From contig JAENWW010000003.1 of the NCBI GenBank assembly GCA_016649875.1, positions 26,415-90,414 of the forward strand: a stretch of DNA of 64,000 nt. The letters run 5' to 3'. The stretch is from Coriobacteriia bacterium. GTDB lineage: Bacteria; Actinomycetota; Coriobacteriia; WRKU01; JAENWW01. Positions 36,947 to 46,560 of this stretch are shown here, piece by piece. The notes under the pieces are model-generated. The model worked only from the letters and a program-made list of their open reading frames with translations, was not told the origin of the DNA and searched no databases. The position numbers were made by a program, and so were the translations under genes. The stretch's first letter is position 1. Every line of letters starts with the position of its first letter.

Positions 36947-37554
36947 ATCTGGTCCTTTTCCCTGAGGCCGGCCAATGCATATTTCGCCAGATCGTCGGCC
37001 AAATCGTTCGGGTCGAGACCGGGGTGTATGACAGTCCAGTTCAAAGCGCCGGCCAAAAACGTTGCGAATATGGTTTGCGCGGTGAATTGAATATCGAAGT
37101 CTTTTCTGAAGATACCGAGTTCTTGTCCGCGCTCTATTTCGCGGACGAATATTTTAACGATGTCTTGGACTTTGCTGTCGAGTGTTGCCCGCCATTCGCG
37201 GTCTTCGCGCCACATTTCGGAAAGTAAGAACTTCGCAAAGTCGCGTCGTTTATCGATTTGGCGCATCTGTTCGCGCGCCAAAGCATCGATTGCTTCGCTG
37301 GGATCCATTTCCGGGAGAATCGCTCGATTGAGTCTTACGGCCAAAAGCTCAAGCCCGGAAGCTATAAGTTGTTCTCCGAGCGCGGCTTTCGAATCGAAAT
37401 AATAGTAGACGACACCTTTGGCCACGCCTGCTTTTGCGGCGATTTCATCGACCGAAGCGCCCGCATAACCGCGTTCACCGATAATCTTCATCGCGGCTGA
37501 GAAGAGGAGCTCTTTTTTGCTTTTTTTCTTGGGGCTTTCTGTCGCCACGCGCAT
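36943..37554 (-). CDS. TetR/AcrR family transcriptional regulator
   Basis: GYAGASVDEIAAKAGVAKGVVYYYFDSK; start ATG 37554 or GTG 37548. Confidence 0.95.
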   Translation of the reverse strand: MRVATESPKKKSKKELLFSAAMKIIGERGYAGASVDEIAAKAGVAKGVVYYYFDSKAALGEQLIASGLELLAVRLNRAILPEMDPSEAIDALAREQMRQIDKRRDFAKFLLSEMWREDREWRATLDSKVQDIVKIFVREIERGQELGIFRKDFDIQFTAQTIFATFLAGALNWTVIHPGLDPNDLADDLAKYALAGLREKDQI

Positions 37555-37631
37555 ATCCTCTTCATCGGGTGGGTTGTGCTTCTCATTATACCGCAAGGGT
37601 AATGCTCGGCGGTTCGATTACGCAGGAGAAT

Positions 37632-37645
37632 TGACCGGTCGGTCA
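37632..37645. promoter_or_regulatory. Palindromic operator candidate (TetR-type)
   Basis: TGACCG-GT-CGGTCA between the divergent tetR and ABC genes. Confidence 0.6.
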
Positions 37646-37687
37646 GATTATTGGCATAACGGTTACTTTATCCCATATAATGCTCGT

Positions 37688-38452
37688 ATGGCGAAAATCA
37701 GTATACATAATTTGTCGTTGACCTATAGCTCGGTGGGTGACGATATTCACGCACTCGACGGTATTTCATTCGAGGTCGAGCGAGGCGAGGCAATCGCTCT
37801 CATCGGACCGAGCGGTTGCGGAAAGTCCACGGTGCTCAAGCTCATCGCCGGTCTGATGAAACCCGATGTCGGGCAGATAACCCTCGATGGCGAACCGATC
37901 TTGAAACCGCGCCGGGAGACGGCGCTGATTCTACAGGATTACGGGCTTCTTCCGTGGAAGACGGTTATCGACAACGCGGCGCTCGGCCTCAAGATAGCGG
38001 GTTTGCCGAAGAATATCGCGCGGGAGCGTGCGAGGAAATCGCTGAGTGTCGTCGGTCTTGACGGCTATGAGAAGAATTTTCCCCAACAATTGAGCGGTGG
38101 AATGAAACAGCGTCTTGCGATTGCACGCTCCTTGGCTCTCGATGCGGACGTGGTGTTGATGGACGAGCCACTCTCCGCGCTCGATGCTCTGACGCGAGAA
38201 GAGCTGCAAAACGTGATGCTCGATTTATGGAATACGCGCTCGTATACACAAATACTTGTGACCCACTCGATCGAGGAGGCAATCTATCTTGGTCAAAGAA
38301 TCGTTCTCATGACTTCACGCCCCGGGCGTGTGGCTCGGATTATCGAGAACCCGGGAATGGGAACCCGCGCGTATCGGAACAGTCGCGAGTTCTTCGAAAT
38401 GTGCACACACTTACGCTCTTTGCTGGAAAGCGAGGGGGCGTACCATGGGTAG
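37688..38452 (+). CDS. NitT/TauT-family ABC transporter ATP-binding protein
   Basis: GPSGCGKST, LLPWKTV, LSGGMKQR, LMDEPLSALD, VTHSIEEA; ATG 37688 lies 6 nt after TATAAT. Confidence 0.93.
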   Translation: MAKISIHNLSLTYSSVGDDIHALDGISFEVERGEAIALIGPSGCGKSTVLKLIAGLMKPDVGQITLDGEPILKPRRETALILQDYGLLPWKTVIDNAALGLKIAGLPKNIARERARKSLSVVGLDGYEKNFPQQLSGGMKQRLAIARSLALDADVVLMDEPLSALDALTREELQNVMLDLWNTRSYTQILVTHSIEEAIYLGQRIVLMTSRPGRVARIIENPGMGTRAYRNSREFFEMCTHLRSLLESEGAYHG

Positions 38453-39227
38453 AATCGGCGACGCGAAAATGTCTGTAAAGGTCGGTCCGTTCCTCCGAAA
38501 AATCGGTGGATATATCGCGGCGACCGCTGCGCTCATTCTTTTATGGGCGCTTGCTTCGTGGGCGCTTCATTCGCCCGCGCTTCCCATGCCGGCGGCGGCG
38601 TTTAAACAGTTCTTCGCTCAGTTCACCGCCATGCTTCCGCACGCCGCAATTTCTTTGTGGCGCATCGCGGCGGCGATGCTCGCGGGCACCGCGCTGGCCT
38701 TACCGCTCGGGCTTTGGATCGGACGCTCGAAGAAGGCCGATGTGTTTTTCGCGCCGCTTCTCTATCTGCTCTATCCGATTCCCAAAGTCGTGTTCCTCCC
38801 CGTTTTGATGGTGCTGTTGGGACTCGGCGACGCGCCGAAAATCGTGCTCATCGGGACGGTTATCTTTTTTCAGACAATCGTCACTGCTCGCGATAGCGCC
38901 AAATCGATAGCGCCGGCAAGCATTATGAGCGTGCGTTCTTTAGGGGCTCGGCCCCTTCAGATTGCAATTGATGTTGTATTGCCGGCATCGCTGCCCGATC
39001 TGTTCACCTCGCTTCGCATCAACACCGGGACCGCAATCGCGATTCTGTTTTTGACGGAGTCGATAGCTGGCACAAGCGGTCTGGGATATTACATCGTCAA
39101 TGCGTGGGGGATGATCGACTATCCTTCGATGTTTGCCGGAATAATCGCAATGGCGTTGATGGGCGTAGTCCTCTACGAACTGATCAATCTACTGGAATCA
39201 AGGCTTTTGCGTTGGAAAAAGGCATAG
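38445..39227 (+). CDS. NitT/TauT-family ABC transporter permease
   Basis: PIPKVVFLP, EAA-like SVRSLGA, LPASLP, GLGYYI. Confidence 0.92.
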   Translation: MGRIGDAKMSVKVGPFLRKIGGYIAATAALILLWALASWALHSPALPMPAAAFKQFFAQFTAMLPHAAISLWRIAAAMLAGTALALPLGLWIGRSKKADVFFAPLLYLLYPIPKVVFLPVLMVLLGLGDAPKIVLIGTVIFFQTIVTARDSAKSIAPASIMSVRSLGARPLQIAIDVVLPASLPDLFTSLRINTGTAIAILFLTESIAGTSGLGYYIVNAWGMIDYPSMFAGIIAMALMGVVLYELINLLESRLLRWKKA

Positions 39228-39271
39228 GATCATGGCCGCGCATCTGCGAAGATTGAAGCATCCCTGACAAA

Positions 39272-39319
39272 ATAAAAGAACAGGCCGAGAGCGAGAATGC
39301 ATTCAGCCTGTTCTTTTAT
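39272..39319. terminator. Bidirectional terminator between the ABC permease and tRNA-Arg
   Basis: 14 bp perfect inverted repeat ATAAAAGAACAGGC / GCCTGTTCTTTTAT. Confidence 0.75.
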
Positions 39320-39326
39320 GTATGTA

Positions 39327-39402
39327 TGGTGCCCCCGGCACGATTCGAACGTGCGACACCAGCTTTAGGAGAGCTGTGCTCTATCCCCTGAGCTACGAGG
39401 GC
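39327..39402 (-). tRNA. tRNA-Arg (anticodon CCT)
   Basis: GCCCTCGTAGCTCAGGGGATAGAGCACAGCT-CTCCTAA-AGCTGGTGTCGCACGTTCGAATCGTGCCGGGGGCACCA, encoded CCA. Confidence 0.97.
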
Positions 39403-39411
39403 ATAGAGGAA

Positions 39412-41280
39412 TTACTTCTTCGCGTCTATAAGCAAAGTGATGGTCGTTCCTTTTTTGACGCTTGCTCCATCTTGCGGATCTTGCTCGAGAACGGTGTTGT
39501 TCTCGGAATGGGGCTCATAGATAGAGGAAACCTTCAACCCGAGTGTAGTAAGCATGTTCGTTGCGGCTGCCTTTGTCAAACCGACGACGTCGGGAACTGC
39601 GACCTTGACGACCTGCGCCCCTTTGCTCACCGTTATCGTCACCTTCGAGCCGTCGCTTACGCTGAGCCCGGAACTGGGATTTTGGCTGATGACGACGCCG
39701 CTGGCCACCGTGTCGCTATACGTCTTATTCACCGATACCGTGAAGCCGGAGTCGGCAAGTTTTGTTTTCGCCCTCGCCTCCGATAGATCGACGACGCTCG
39801 GGACGGTTGAGGACCTAATGCCCTTTGAGGGAACGTAGGATATGGCAGATCCCTTGGTGACTTTTTCGCCGGAGAAGGGACTTTGACTTATGACGAATCC
39901 CGAGTCGACCTTGTCACTGTATTCGGCAGGCTGCGCATTCACGGTGAAGCCTGCTTTTTCAATTGCCGTTCGTGCGTCTGCTTCGGAAAGGCTCGTGACA
40001 TCGGGCACGGTGATTTTTTGAGCTCCGAGGCTTACCGTCAGGTTGATCTTCGCGCCCTTTTCCGCGTTTGTATCGGCGCTGGGCGACTGGCTGATAATCG
40101 AGCCCGCAACGACGATGTCGTCGTTGCGTTGCGTCGTCCCACCGACGACGAATCCGGCACCGGTCAGCTCGGTCGTGGCCTCTGTGAGTGTTTTCCCGAC
40201 CACATTCGGGACGGCTATGCTACTTCCTCCGAGAAGTCCGAGCCCATAGGCGGCTCCGATTCCCGCGCCGATGATGGATATGGCAACAAGCAGCCAAATC
40301 CACCATGTTTTCTTCTTTTTAGAGGCCATGTTCGGATCCTTCGGGTAGTTATCGTGTGTATTGCCATATTCGTTATGCGCACCGACGACCGGCATGACGG
40401 TCGTGGCACCGGCTGCCGCGCCCATCAGCGGAGCACCGACGAGTGTCGGGCTGTCGGTGCTACCCATGCCACGGGCGACTCTTAGCAAATCGCGTCGCAT
40501 ATCCTCTGAGGTGGCGTAGCGTTCGCGCGGATCCTTGGTAAGTGCACGCCCGATTATCGCTTCGAGAGCGGGGTCGAGAGCGGGATTTATTTTCGAGGGG
40601 CGAACAGGCTGTTCGTTGACTTGTTTGAGTGCGACGGCAATCGGAGTCTCCGCATCGAAGGGGAGTTTGCCGCAGCTTGCCTCGTATAACACGATACCGA
40701 GCGAATAAAGATCGCTTGCCGCCGTCAGGGGTTTACCTTGTGCTTGCTCAGGCGACACGTAGTGCGCAGTTCCGAAAACAGAACCGGTCTGCGTCATGGT
40801 GGTGTTGCCTGCACGTGCGATACCGAAGTCCATGACTTTGACGCCGCCGTCAGGGGTGACCATGATGTTATGCGGCTTGATATCGCGGTGGATGATATCG
40901 TATCCGTGCGCGACGGCGAGCGCGGCGCACACTTGCTGGCCGATGTCGGCGACCTCCTTGCTGGGGAGGAATCCTTTTTGTTGGATGAGTTTTTTGAGGT
41001 CCTGGCCGCGTACGTACTCCATGACGATGTAATACGTTTCATCGTCTTGGCCCCAGTCGTAGATGTTGACGATATAAGGACTCTGGAGGTTTGCCGCGGC
41101 TTGGGCTTCCTGTCTGAAGCGTGCGGCAAAATGTTCATCCGTGGCGTATTTGGCGTGCATGACTTTCACGGCCACACTACGCCCGAGCGTCTCATCGACG
41201 GCCTTATACACATCGGCCATACCGCCGGTGCCGATTTTTTCTGTCACACGATAACGCTGCCCAAAGATGGTGTTGATCAC
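39412..41280 (-). CDS. pknB: PASTA-domain Ser/Thr kinase PknB (4 PASTA)
   Basis: IGTGGMADVY, VAVK, HRDIKPHN, DFGIARA, GTAHYVSPEQ, TM, four VPxVxx PASTA repeats. Confidence 0.96.
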   Translation of the reverse strand: MINTIFGQRYRVTEKIGTGGMADVYKAVDETLGRSVAVKVMHAKYATDEHFAARFRQEAQAAANLQSPYIVNIYDWGQDDETYYIVMEYVRGQDLKKLIQQKGFLPSKEVADIGQQVCAALAVAHGYDIIHRDIKPHNIMVTPDGGVKVMDFGIARAGNTTMTQTGSVFGTAHYVSPEQAQGKPLTAASDLYSLGIVLYEASCGKLPFDAETPIAVALKQVNEQPVRPSKINPALDPALEAIIGRALTKDPRERYATSEDMRRDLLRVARGMGSTDSPTLVGAPLMGAAAGATTVMPVVGAHNEYGNTHDNYPKDPNMASKKKKTWWIWLLVAISIIGAGIGAAYGLGLLGGSSIAVPNVVGKTLTEATTELTGAGFVVGGTTQRNDDIVVAGSIISQSPSADTNAEKGAKINLTVSLGAQKITVPDVTSLSEADARTAIEKAGFTVNAQPAEYSDKVDSGFVISQSPFSGEKVTKGSAISYVPSKGIRSSTVPSVVDLSEARAKTKLADSGFTVSVNKTYSDTVASGVVISQNPSSGLSVSDGSKVTITVSKGAQVVKVAVPDVVGLTKAAATNMLTTLGLKVSSIYEPHSENNTVLEQDPQDGASVKKGTTITLLIDAKK

Positions 41281-41334
41281 GTAAGCTCACTCCGCTCGAT
41301 AAATAACTATCTGTATTGTAATGTATAGCCGATA

Positions 41335-44091
41335 TTAATGCAGGCCAAGTGCAGCTTTGAGCACCGCCCTTGCGGCGGGTGCTGCTATTTTGCCACCCTG
41401 TCCTCCGTTTTCAAGCATAATCGCCAGTGCGACAGTCGGGTTGTCTGCGGGTGCAAATGCTATAAACCATGCATTCGGTGTTTTTGTCTTCCCGATTTCC
41501 GCCGTCCCGGTTTTTCCGGCCACCGTTACATCGAGAAGGGCGGCGCCCCGTCCGCTTCCGTCGGCGACGACCCCTTTCATGGCGTCGGTGACTTGATTCG
41601 CGATATCTGTCGAGCATGCAGTTTTCCACCTCACCGGTGAGGTGATGCTCAAAGAACCTGTTATCTTGCCTGTCGGTGAGTTGATGCTTTTGATGACATA
41701 GGGCTTCATCACGATTCCGTCATCGGCGATGCCGCTTGCGATCAATGCCATTTGGAAGACGGTTGCTTGCGGACCCGCCGGGGAGGTGTGCTCGCCGACC
41801 GGTTGTCCGATTCCCGCCCATGCCGTTTCCCATGTAGTCATTTCCAACGGGTCGGGCATGAGAGAGGTCTCGATACCCAAGTCATAGGGAATGGTGCTGT
41901 TGAATCCGAATTTTTCCGATTGTGCGACAAGCCTCTTCGCGCCGAGCTGCACAGCCACCTGACCGAAGACCGTGTTTATTGATTTGGCGGTCGCCATTTT
42001 TAGCGTCGTCCTGCTGTAGCTTGATTTCTCGAAGTTGGTGACCGCTGCGTTTCCGATGATCATGCTGGCGGGTGCTTTATACGTCGTCGTCGGGGTGGCG
42101 ACATTGTTCGCATACACTCCGGTCAAGGTGACGACTTTGAACGTCGAACCGGGCGCGAGAATGGTTTGTCTCGATCGGTCGAGCAGGGATGAATTGCTGT
42201 CGGTATTGAGTTTCTGCCATTCGTCGGTGACGGTGCCCGGGTCAAATGTCGGGCTGGACGCCGAGGCCAGTACGGCTCCCGTTTTCGGGTTCATGACCAC
42301 TATCGCGCCTTTACCGCTTCCGGCCTCGAGCGCTTTCTCGGCAGCCTTTTGGACCTTCGAGTCGATGGTCAAAGTGACACTGTCGCCCTTAATCGGTTGA
42401 TTGGTCGCAGCGCCGATGACATCGTCGAAGGTGGAGAACGTGCGCTGTCCGGTGAGGACGTCGTTGGCTATGCGTTCGATGCCGGAACGACCGAATTTCG
42501 TTGAGTAGTAACCGATCGTATGCGCGGCAAGCGACTTATGCGGATAGACGCGCTTATAGGTGCCGTCTTTCTGCAGTATCGATTCAGCGAGGGTGACACC
42601 ATCGCTTGTGACGATTGGTCCGCGGGCACTCCGTAGCTCCCGTGATAAGTTTCGAGTATTCGCGACGTTGTTTTGCAAAGAGCGCGCATGGATGACCTGC
42701 AACCAAGTCAGGTTCCCGACGAGCGCGACCATCAGGAGCGAAAAGAACACCGCAAGCCCGCCCAAACGCTTCGATAAAGAGAGACGCCCGAGAACGGAAG
42801 TGCCTTTTTGTGCGCTTACCAATTCCGTGGACAGGCCGGTGGACGCGTCGCTCGCCCGAATGAGGAGTGCGAGCAACATAAAAGTCGAGAGCATAGAGGA
42901 GCCTCCGCGACTGATGAACGGTAAGGTGATACCGGTCAGAGGAATCAGTCCGGTCACGCCACCGACGATGACGAAAACCTGCAAACCGAGCGAGGCTGTC
43001 AACCCGACGGCGGTGAAGGAAGCCATGTCGGACTTCGCCCGGGATGCAATCGATATGCCTCGGTATATCACTACGAGAAAACAAATGATGACGGCGCATG
43101 CACCGAGGAGCCCGAGCTCCTCACCTATTGCGGCGAAAATAAAGTCGGTGTCGACGAAAGGAATGCGAGTCGGCAAGCCGGCACCTATGCCGCGCCCGAT
43201 GAATCCTCCGTCGGCGAAAGCGAAAATCGATTGGACGAGTTGGTACCCTTTACCGGCTGCGTCTTGGAACGGGTGTAGCCAAATATCAACACGCGTTTGA
43301 ACATGGGTGAACATTTTGTAGGCCAAAGTCGCTCCGCCGCTGAAAAGCACGAGCCCGATGGCGACATAGCTCGGCCTGCCGGTGGCCACATAGAGCATAA
43401 TCAGAAAAATTCCGAAGAAGAGCAGAGAGGAACCGAGATCTTTTTCGGCCACCATGACGAGAAAAGAAATCGCCCACATGAACAACAGCGGGCCGAGCGT
43501 GCGCAACTCCGGCATGGGTATACGCAAAATCCGCCGTGTCGATACGGTCAGCATCTCACGGTTTTCAGACAAGTACGAAGCCATGAATAGGATTATGAGG
43601 ACACGTGCGATTTCTCCCGGCTGGATGGAAAGGGAACCTAAGCGAATCCAAAGCTTCGATCCGTTGATTTCTCGGCCGATGAGTGCCGGCAAAACCATGA
43701 GAACGATTCCGACGACCATAAGTGTGTACTTATAATTCCCCACGCGTTCGAGGGAGGGAATGGCTGCGAGTATTGCGATGAGTGCCACGACGCCGATGAA
43801 AAGCCAGGCGATTTGGGTGAAGGCTTTTTCGGGCGTAAGGCGCGTGATGAACGCGATGCCGATGCTGCTTAAGACAAAAGCGACCGGGAGGAGAACCGGG
43901 TCCGCATTTTTCGCAAAATAGCGAAGGGCGATGTGCGCCGCGGCAAAAAGGGCGAAGAGGCTGATGGGTACGGTGAGGTACGTCCATGAAAAGTTGCCGC
44001 TTGCTTGAGCACCGACCAGTGCGAAGAGAAGTACCACCGGAACGGCAGCGACCGCAAGGAGCATCAACTCCCTATTTCTGCGTGAGCTCAT
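41335..44091 (-). CDS. Fused RodA/FtsW (SEDS) and PbpA transpeptidase
   Basis: GSKLWI, QPGE, DLGSS, GYQLVQS, TDFIFAAIGEELG, PLTGITLPFISRGGSS; then STFK, SIN, KTG. Confidence 0.93.
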   Translation of the reverse strand: MSSRRNRELMLLAVAAVPVVLLFALVGAQASGNFSWTYLTVPISLFALFAAAHIALRYFAKNADPVLLPVAFVLSSIGIAFITRLTPEKAFTQIAWLFIGVVALIAILAAIPSLERVGNYKYTLMVVGIVLMVLPALIGREINGSKLWIRLGSLSIQPGEIARVLIILFMASYLSENREMLTVSTRRILRIPMPELRTLGPLLFMWAISFLVMVAEKDLGSSLLFFGIFLIMLYVATGRPSYVAIGLVLFSGGATLAYKMFTHVQTRVDIWLHPFQDAAGKGYQLVQSIFAFADGGFIGRGIGAGLPTRIPFVDTDFIFAAIGEELGLLGACAVIICFLVVIYRGISIASRAKSDMASFTAVGLTASLGLQVFVIVGGVTGLIPLTGITLPFISRGGSSMLSTFMLLALLIRASDASTGLSTELVSAQKGTSVLGRLSLSKRLGGLAVFFSLLMVALVGNLTWLQVIHARSLQNNVANTRNLSRELRSARGPIVTSDGVTLAESILQKDGTYKRVYPHKSLAAHTIGYYSTKFGRSGIERIANDVLTGQRTFSTFDDVIGAATNQPIKGDSVTLTIDSKVQKAAEKALEAGSGKGAIVVMNPKTGAVLASASSPTFDPGTVTDEWQKLNTDSNSSLLDRSRQTILAPGSTFKVVTLTGVYANNVATPTTTYKAPASMIIGNAAVTNFEKSSYSRTTLKMATAKSINTVFGQVAVQLGAKRLVAQSEKFGFNSTIPYDLGIETSLMPDPLEMTTWETAWAGIGQPVGEHTSPAGPQATVFQMALIASGIADDGIVMKPYVIKSINSPTGKITGSLSITSPVRWKTACSTDIANQVTDAMKGVVADGSGRGAALLDVTVAGKTGTAEIGKTKTPNAWFIAFAPADNPTVALAIMLENGGQGGKIAAPAARAVLKAALGLH

Positions 44092-45164
44092 TTCGGGGCC
44101 TGCAAATTTTCTTGATAGCGGTGCAATCGGCTCATCGCCGCTTCCCGACTGTCGAATGTTTCCTCCGAAGATACATTTTGCTGCTCGATGGGCGGCAACA
44201 TGTCGACGGTGAATGTCGATTCGGTGCTGAGCGCACTGATGGAGAACCCGAGAATCGAACCGGGCACACCGGTGTAAACCGCCACTCGGTTATTGGGTGT
44301 GGCGGCGATATAGGCACGTGAGGAGGCGTAGTTTTTCAGCACCAGCCCGACTCCGGTGATGAGAGCGATGGCCAAAAGGACGGCGATAACGGAGAATCGG
44401 AGCGTTCGTTTCGTGTGCTTCTTTTGTGCGAGCGAGGTCGCATACTCATGGTCGATATCGATGATGATTGCGCTGATATTATCATTGCCCCCGGCATCGT
44501 TGGCCAGTTCGATGAGTTTTTCGGCGCATCGCGACGGATCGATTTCTTTATTGAGAACCTCTTCGATCTCAGTGTCATTGACCGGTCCGAATAATCCGTC
44601 GGAGCAAAGAAGCCAGCGATCGCCCCTCAGAGTTTCGTATTCATACGTGTCGACGAGCAGGTTGGGGTCGCTGCCGAGGGCACGCGTGATGACATTGCGC
44701 TGCGGATGAACGCGTGCTTCGGCGGCCGATAGGGAACCTGAACGCACCATGGTGGCGACTACGGAGTGATCTTCGGTGACTTGGGTGAGGCGTCCGGAGC
44801 GCAAGAGGTAGGCGCGTGAATCGCCGACCTGCGTGAATACGGCTCGTCCGTCTTTGATGATCGCGGCGGTCATGGTGGTTCCCATGCCTTGGTGCCCTAT
44901 ATGTTCCGCGGCGGCCTGGATGATTGCAGCGTTTGCTTTTTTCACCGCGCGCATGAGTGCGTTCACATCGGGTGTGAGCGGTGCGTTCGCCTGAACCTGC
45001 TCCACGGCGATATGGCTCGCGATTTCACCGGCCTCGTGTCCACCGAGTCCGTCGGCCACGATGAAAAGCGGGGGAGCCGCTAAAATCGAGTCCTCATTGT
45101 GATCTCTGACACGACCGACATTGGTCAGCGCGGCGTACGGGTATAGAGGAGTTTTCGGTGTCAT
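44088..45164 (-). CDS. pstP: PP2C-type Ser/Thr phosphatase PstP
   Basis: GRVRDHNED, VADGLGGH, VGDSRAY, TEDHS, LLCSDGL, GGNDNI; TM. Confidence 0.95.
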   Translation of the reverse strand: MTPKTPLYPYAALTNVGRVRDHNEDSILAAPPLFIVADGLGGHEAGEIASHIAVEQVQANAPLTPDVNALMRAVKKANAAIIQAAAEHIGHQGMGTTMTAAIIKDGRAVFTQVGDSRAYLLRSGRLTQVTEDHSVVATMVRSGSLSAAEARVHPQRNVITRALGSDPNLLVDTYEYETLRGDRWLLCSDGLFGPVNDTEIEEVLNKEIDPSRCAEKLIELANDAGGNDNISAIIIDIDHEYATSLAQKKHTKRTLRFSVIAVLLAIALITGVGLVLKNYASSRAYIAATPNNRVAVYTGVPGSILGFSISALSTESTFTVDMLPPIEQQNVSSEETFDSREAAMSRLHRYQENLQAPK

Positions 45165-45577
45165 TGTCGGTCAACCACCATTTTTAAAGAGCCTGCTTCA
45201 ATTCTGTCCCCGGGCCGTAAAGCTTGGGGTGTCCTCACCGGCATTCCGTTGAGGAGCGTTCCGTTCGTCGATCCGAGATCTTCGAGAACCGCACCGTCTT
45301 GCACAGGCGTCAAGCGCGCATGCGAACCGGAGAGGAGTTCGTCGTTGACGTGTATGTCATTGCCGGGGGCGCGACCGATGAGGAGTATCGCGTTGAGATT
45401 AAACGTCGTTCCCTCGAGAGTGGGCGGACCATCGACGATAGTGACGGTATAGACGGATTGTTTTGATTTGCGTGATCCTTGGGCCAAACCTATCCCGCTC
45501 TTTATTGCGAAGAGCAAAAAAAGATAGAGGAGTATGAGGAGGGCGACTCGGCCGGCGAATAAGAGCAAATCAATCAC
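45161..45577 (-). CDS. fhaB: FHA domain protein FhaB/FipA
   Basis: N-terminal TM; IGR, SGSHA, DLGSTNGT. Confidence 0.9.
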   Translation of the reverse strand: MIDLLLFAGRVALLILLYLFLLFAIKSGIGLAQGSRKSKQSVYTVTIVDGPPTLEGTTFNLNAILLIGRAPGNDIHVNDELLSGSHARLTPVQDGAVLEDLGSTNGTLLNGMPVRTPQALRPGDRIEAGSLKMVVDRQ

Positions 45578-45579
45578 GG

Positions 45580-46560
45580 CTAGTGTTCCGTTTCTCTATA
45601 TGCGATGGCGGTTGCGCCCACGGTCACCACATCACCGTCTTTTAAGCGACGGTGGGTGACGGGTTGCCCGTTGAGGAGCGTTCCGTTCGTCGAATCGAGG
45701 TCGGCGATTGCCCAGCCGAGGCCTTCCCGTACTATTTCGGCATGCTGCCGGCTCGCTCGCGAGTCTTCGATGAGAATGTCGCAGAGTCCCTTTCGACCGA
45801 TGACGTAGCGGTCTTGCCCGTTCAATACGAACGGGGGTTGGTTTTTGACCGCGATGGTCGCTGTGGCATTCTGCTGCATTCCCGACGAAGAAATCAAAGC
45901 GGTTTCATCATCGGTTGGGCTGCCCACCGGGAAACTACCGCCCAATGAACCGGTCGGGGCGAATGTCGAGGAACGCGGGACGGCGGGAATCGCGTTTTGG
46001 CCGCCTCCCACTCCGAACGTGTTATTGAGATAAGGGTCGACGTTGAGACCTCTGTTGTGGCGATTGGCCGCATAGGACGGCTGCTCGGCTTGAATGCGCG
46101 GTGCGGAGCTCTTTTTCGGAGCTGCCGGTAACGCATCCGGGCCGAACTCTTCGCGTATGGTTTCTTCGGAAAGAGTTTCGCCTATCACATACACCTCTCC
46201 GAGTTTGAAACTGTCATCGACGACGAAAGCGACGATGGGCCGAGTCGACATCAAGTAGTTGTTATTCGATGCATAGGCATGAAGGCGCGTCGCCAGGTCC
46301 GATTCGAGCGTTTCGATTAAATCTCCGAGGGTGGCCTCGTCTTTGGGCGAAATCACGACGGTGTAGACGTTGGCGACATAAATCGTGTTCACGCCGAGCT
46401 TGCGCGTTTTTTCGACCTCTTTGATGGCGGCTTTTTCAATTTCAGCCGGCTGAAGAGGGGAGCGGAAAAGGCGTGAAAAAGGACGTTCGATTGCGCGTTC
46501 CAAGGCACCCTCGACGTTGCTCATGTTGCCCCCTGAATTTTTCTTCGAGCGACTGCTCAC
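45580..46560 (-). CDS. fhaA: FhaA (DUF3662 plus FHA)
   Basis: FSRLFRSPLQPAEI, ANVYTV; C-terminal IGR, SRQHA, DSTNGT; GTG 46560 after GAAAGGA. Confidence 0.88.
   Translation of the reverse strand: MSSRSKKNSGGNMSNVEGALERAIERPFSRLFRSPLQPAEIEKAAIKEVEKTRKLGVNTIYVANVYTVVISPKDEATLGDLIETLESDLATRLHAYASNNNYLMSTRPIVAFVVDDSFKLGEVYVIGETLSEETIREEFGPDALPAAPKKSSAPRIQAEQPSYAANRHNRGLNVDPYLNNTFGVGGGQNAIPAVPRSSTFAPTGSLGGSFPVGSPTDDETALISSSGMQQNATATIAVKNQPPFVLNGQDRYVIGRKGLCDILIEDSRASRQHAEIVREGLGWAIADLDSTNGTLLNGQPVTHRRLKDGDVVTVGATAIAYRETEH

Noticed and set aside
39322..39786. ORF 39322..39786 and the 48185 start for rubrerythrin
   Set aside because: Both run across tRNA genes; the first is antisense to pknB, and rbr starts at 48413.
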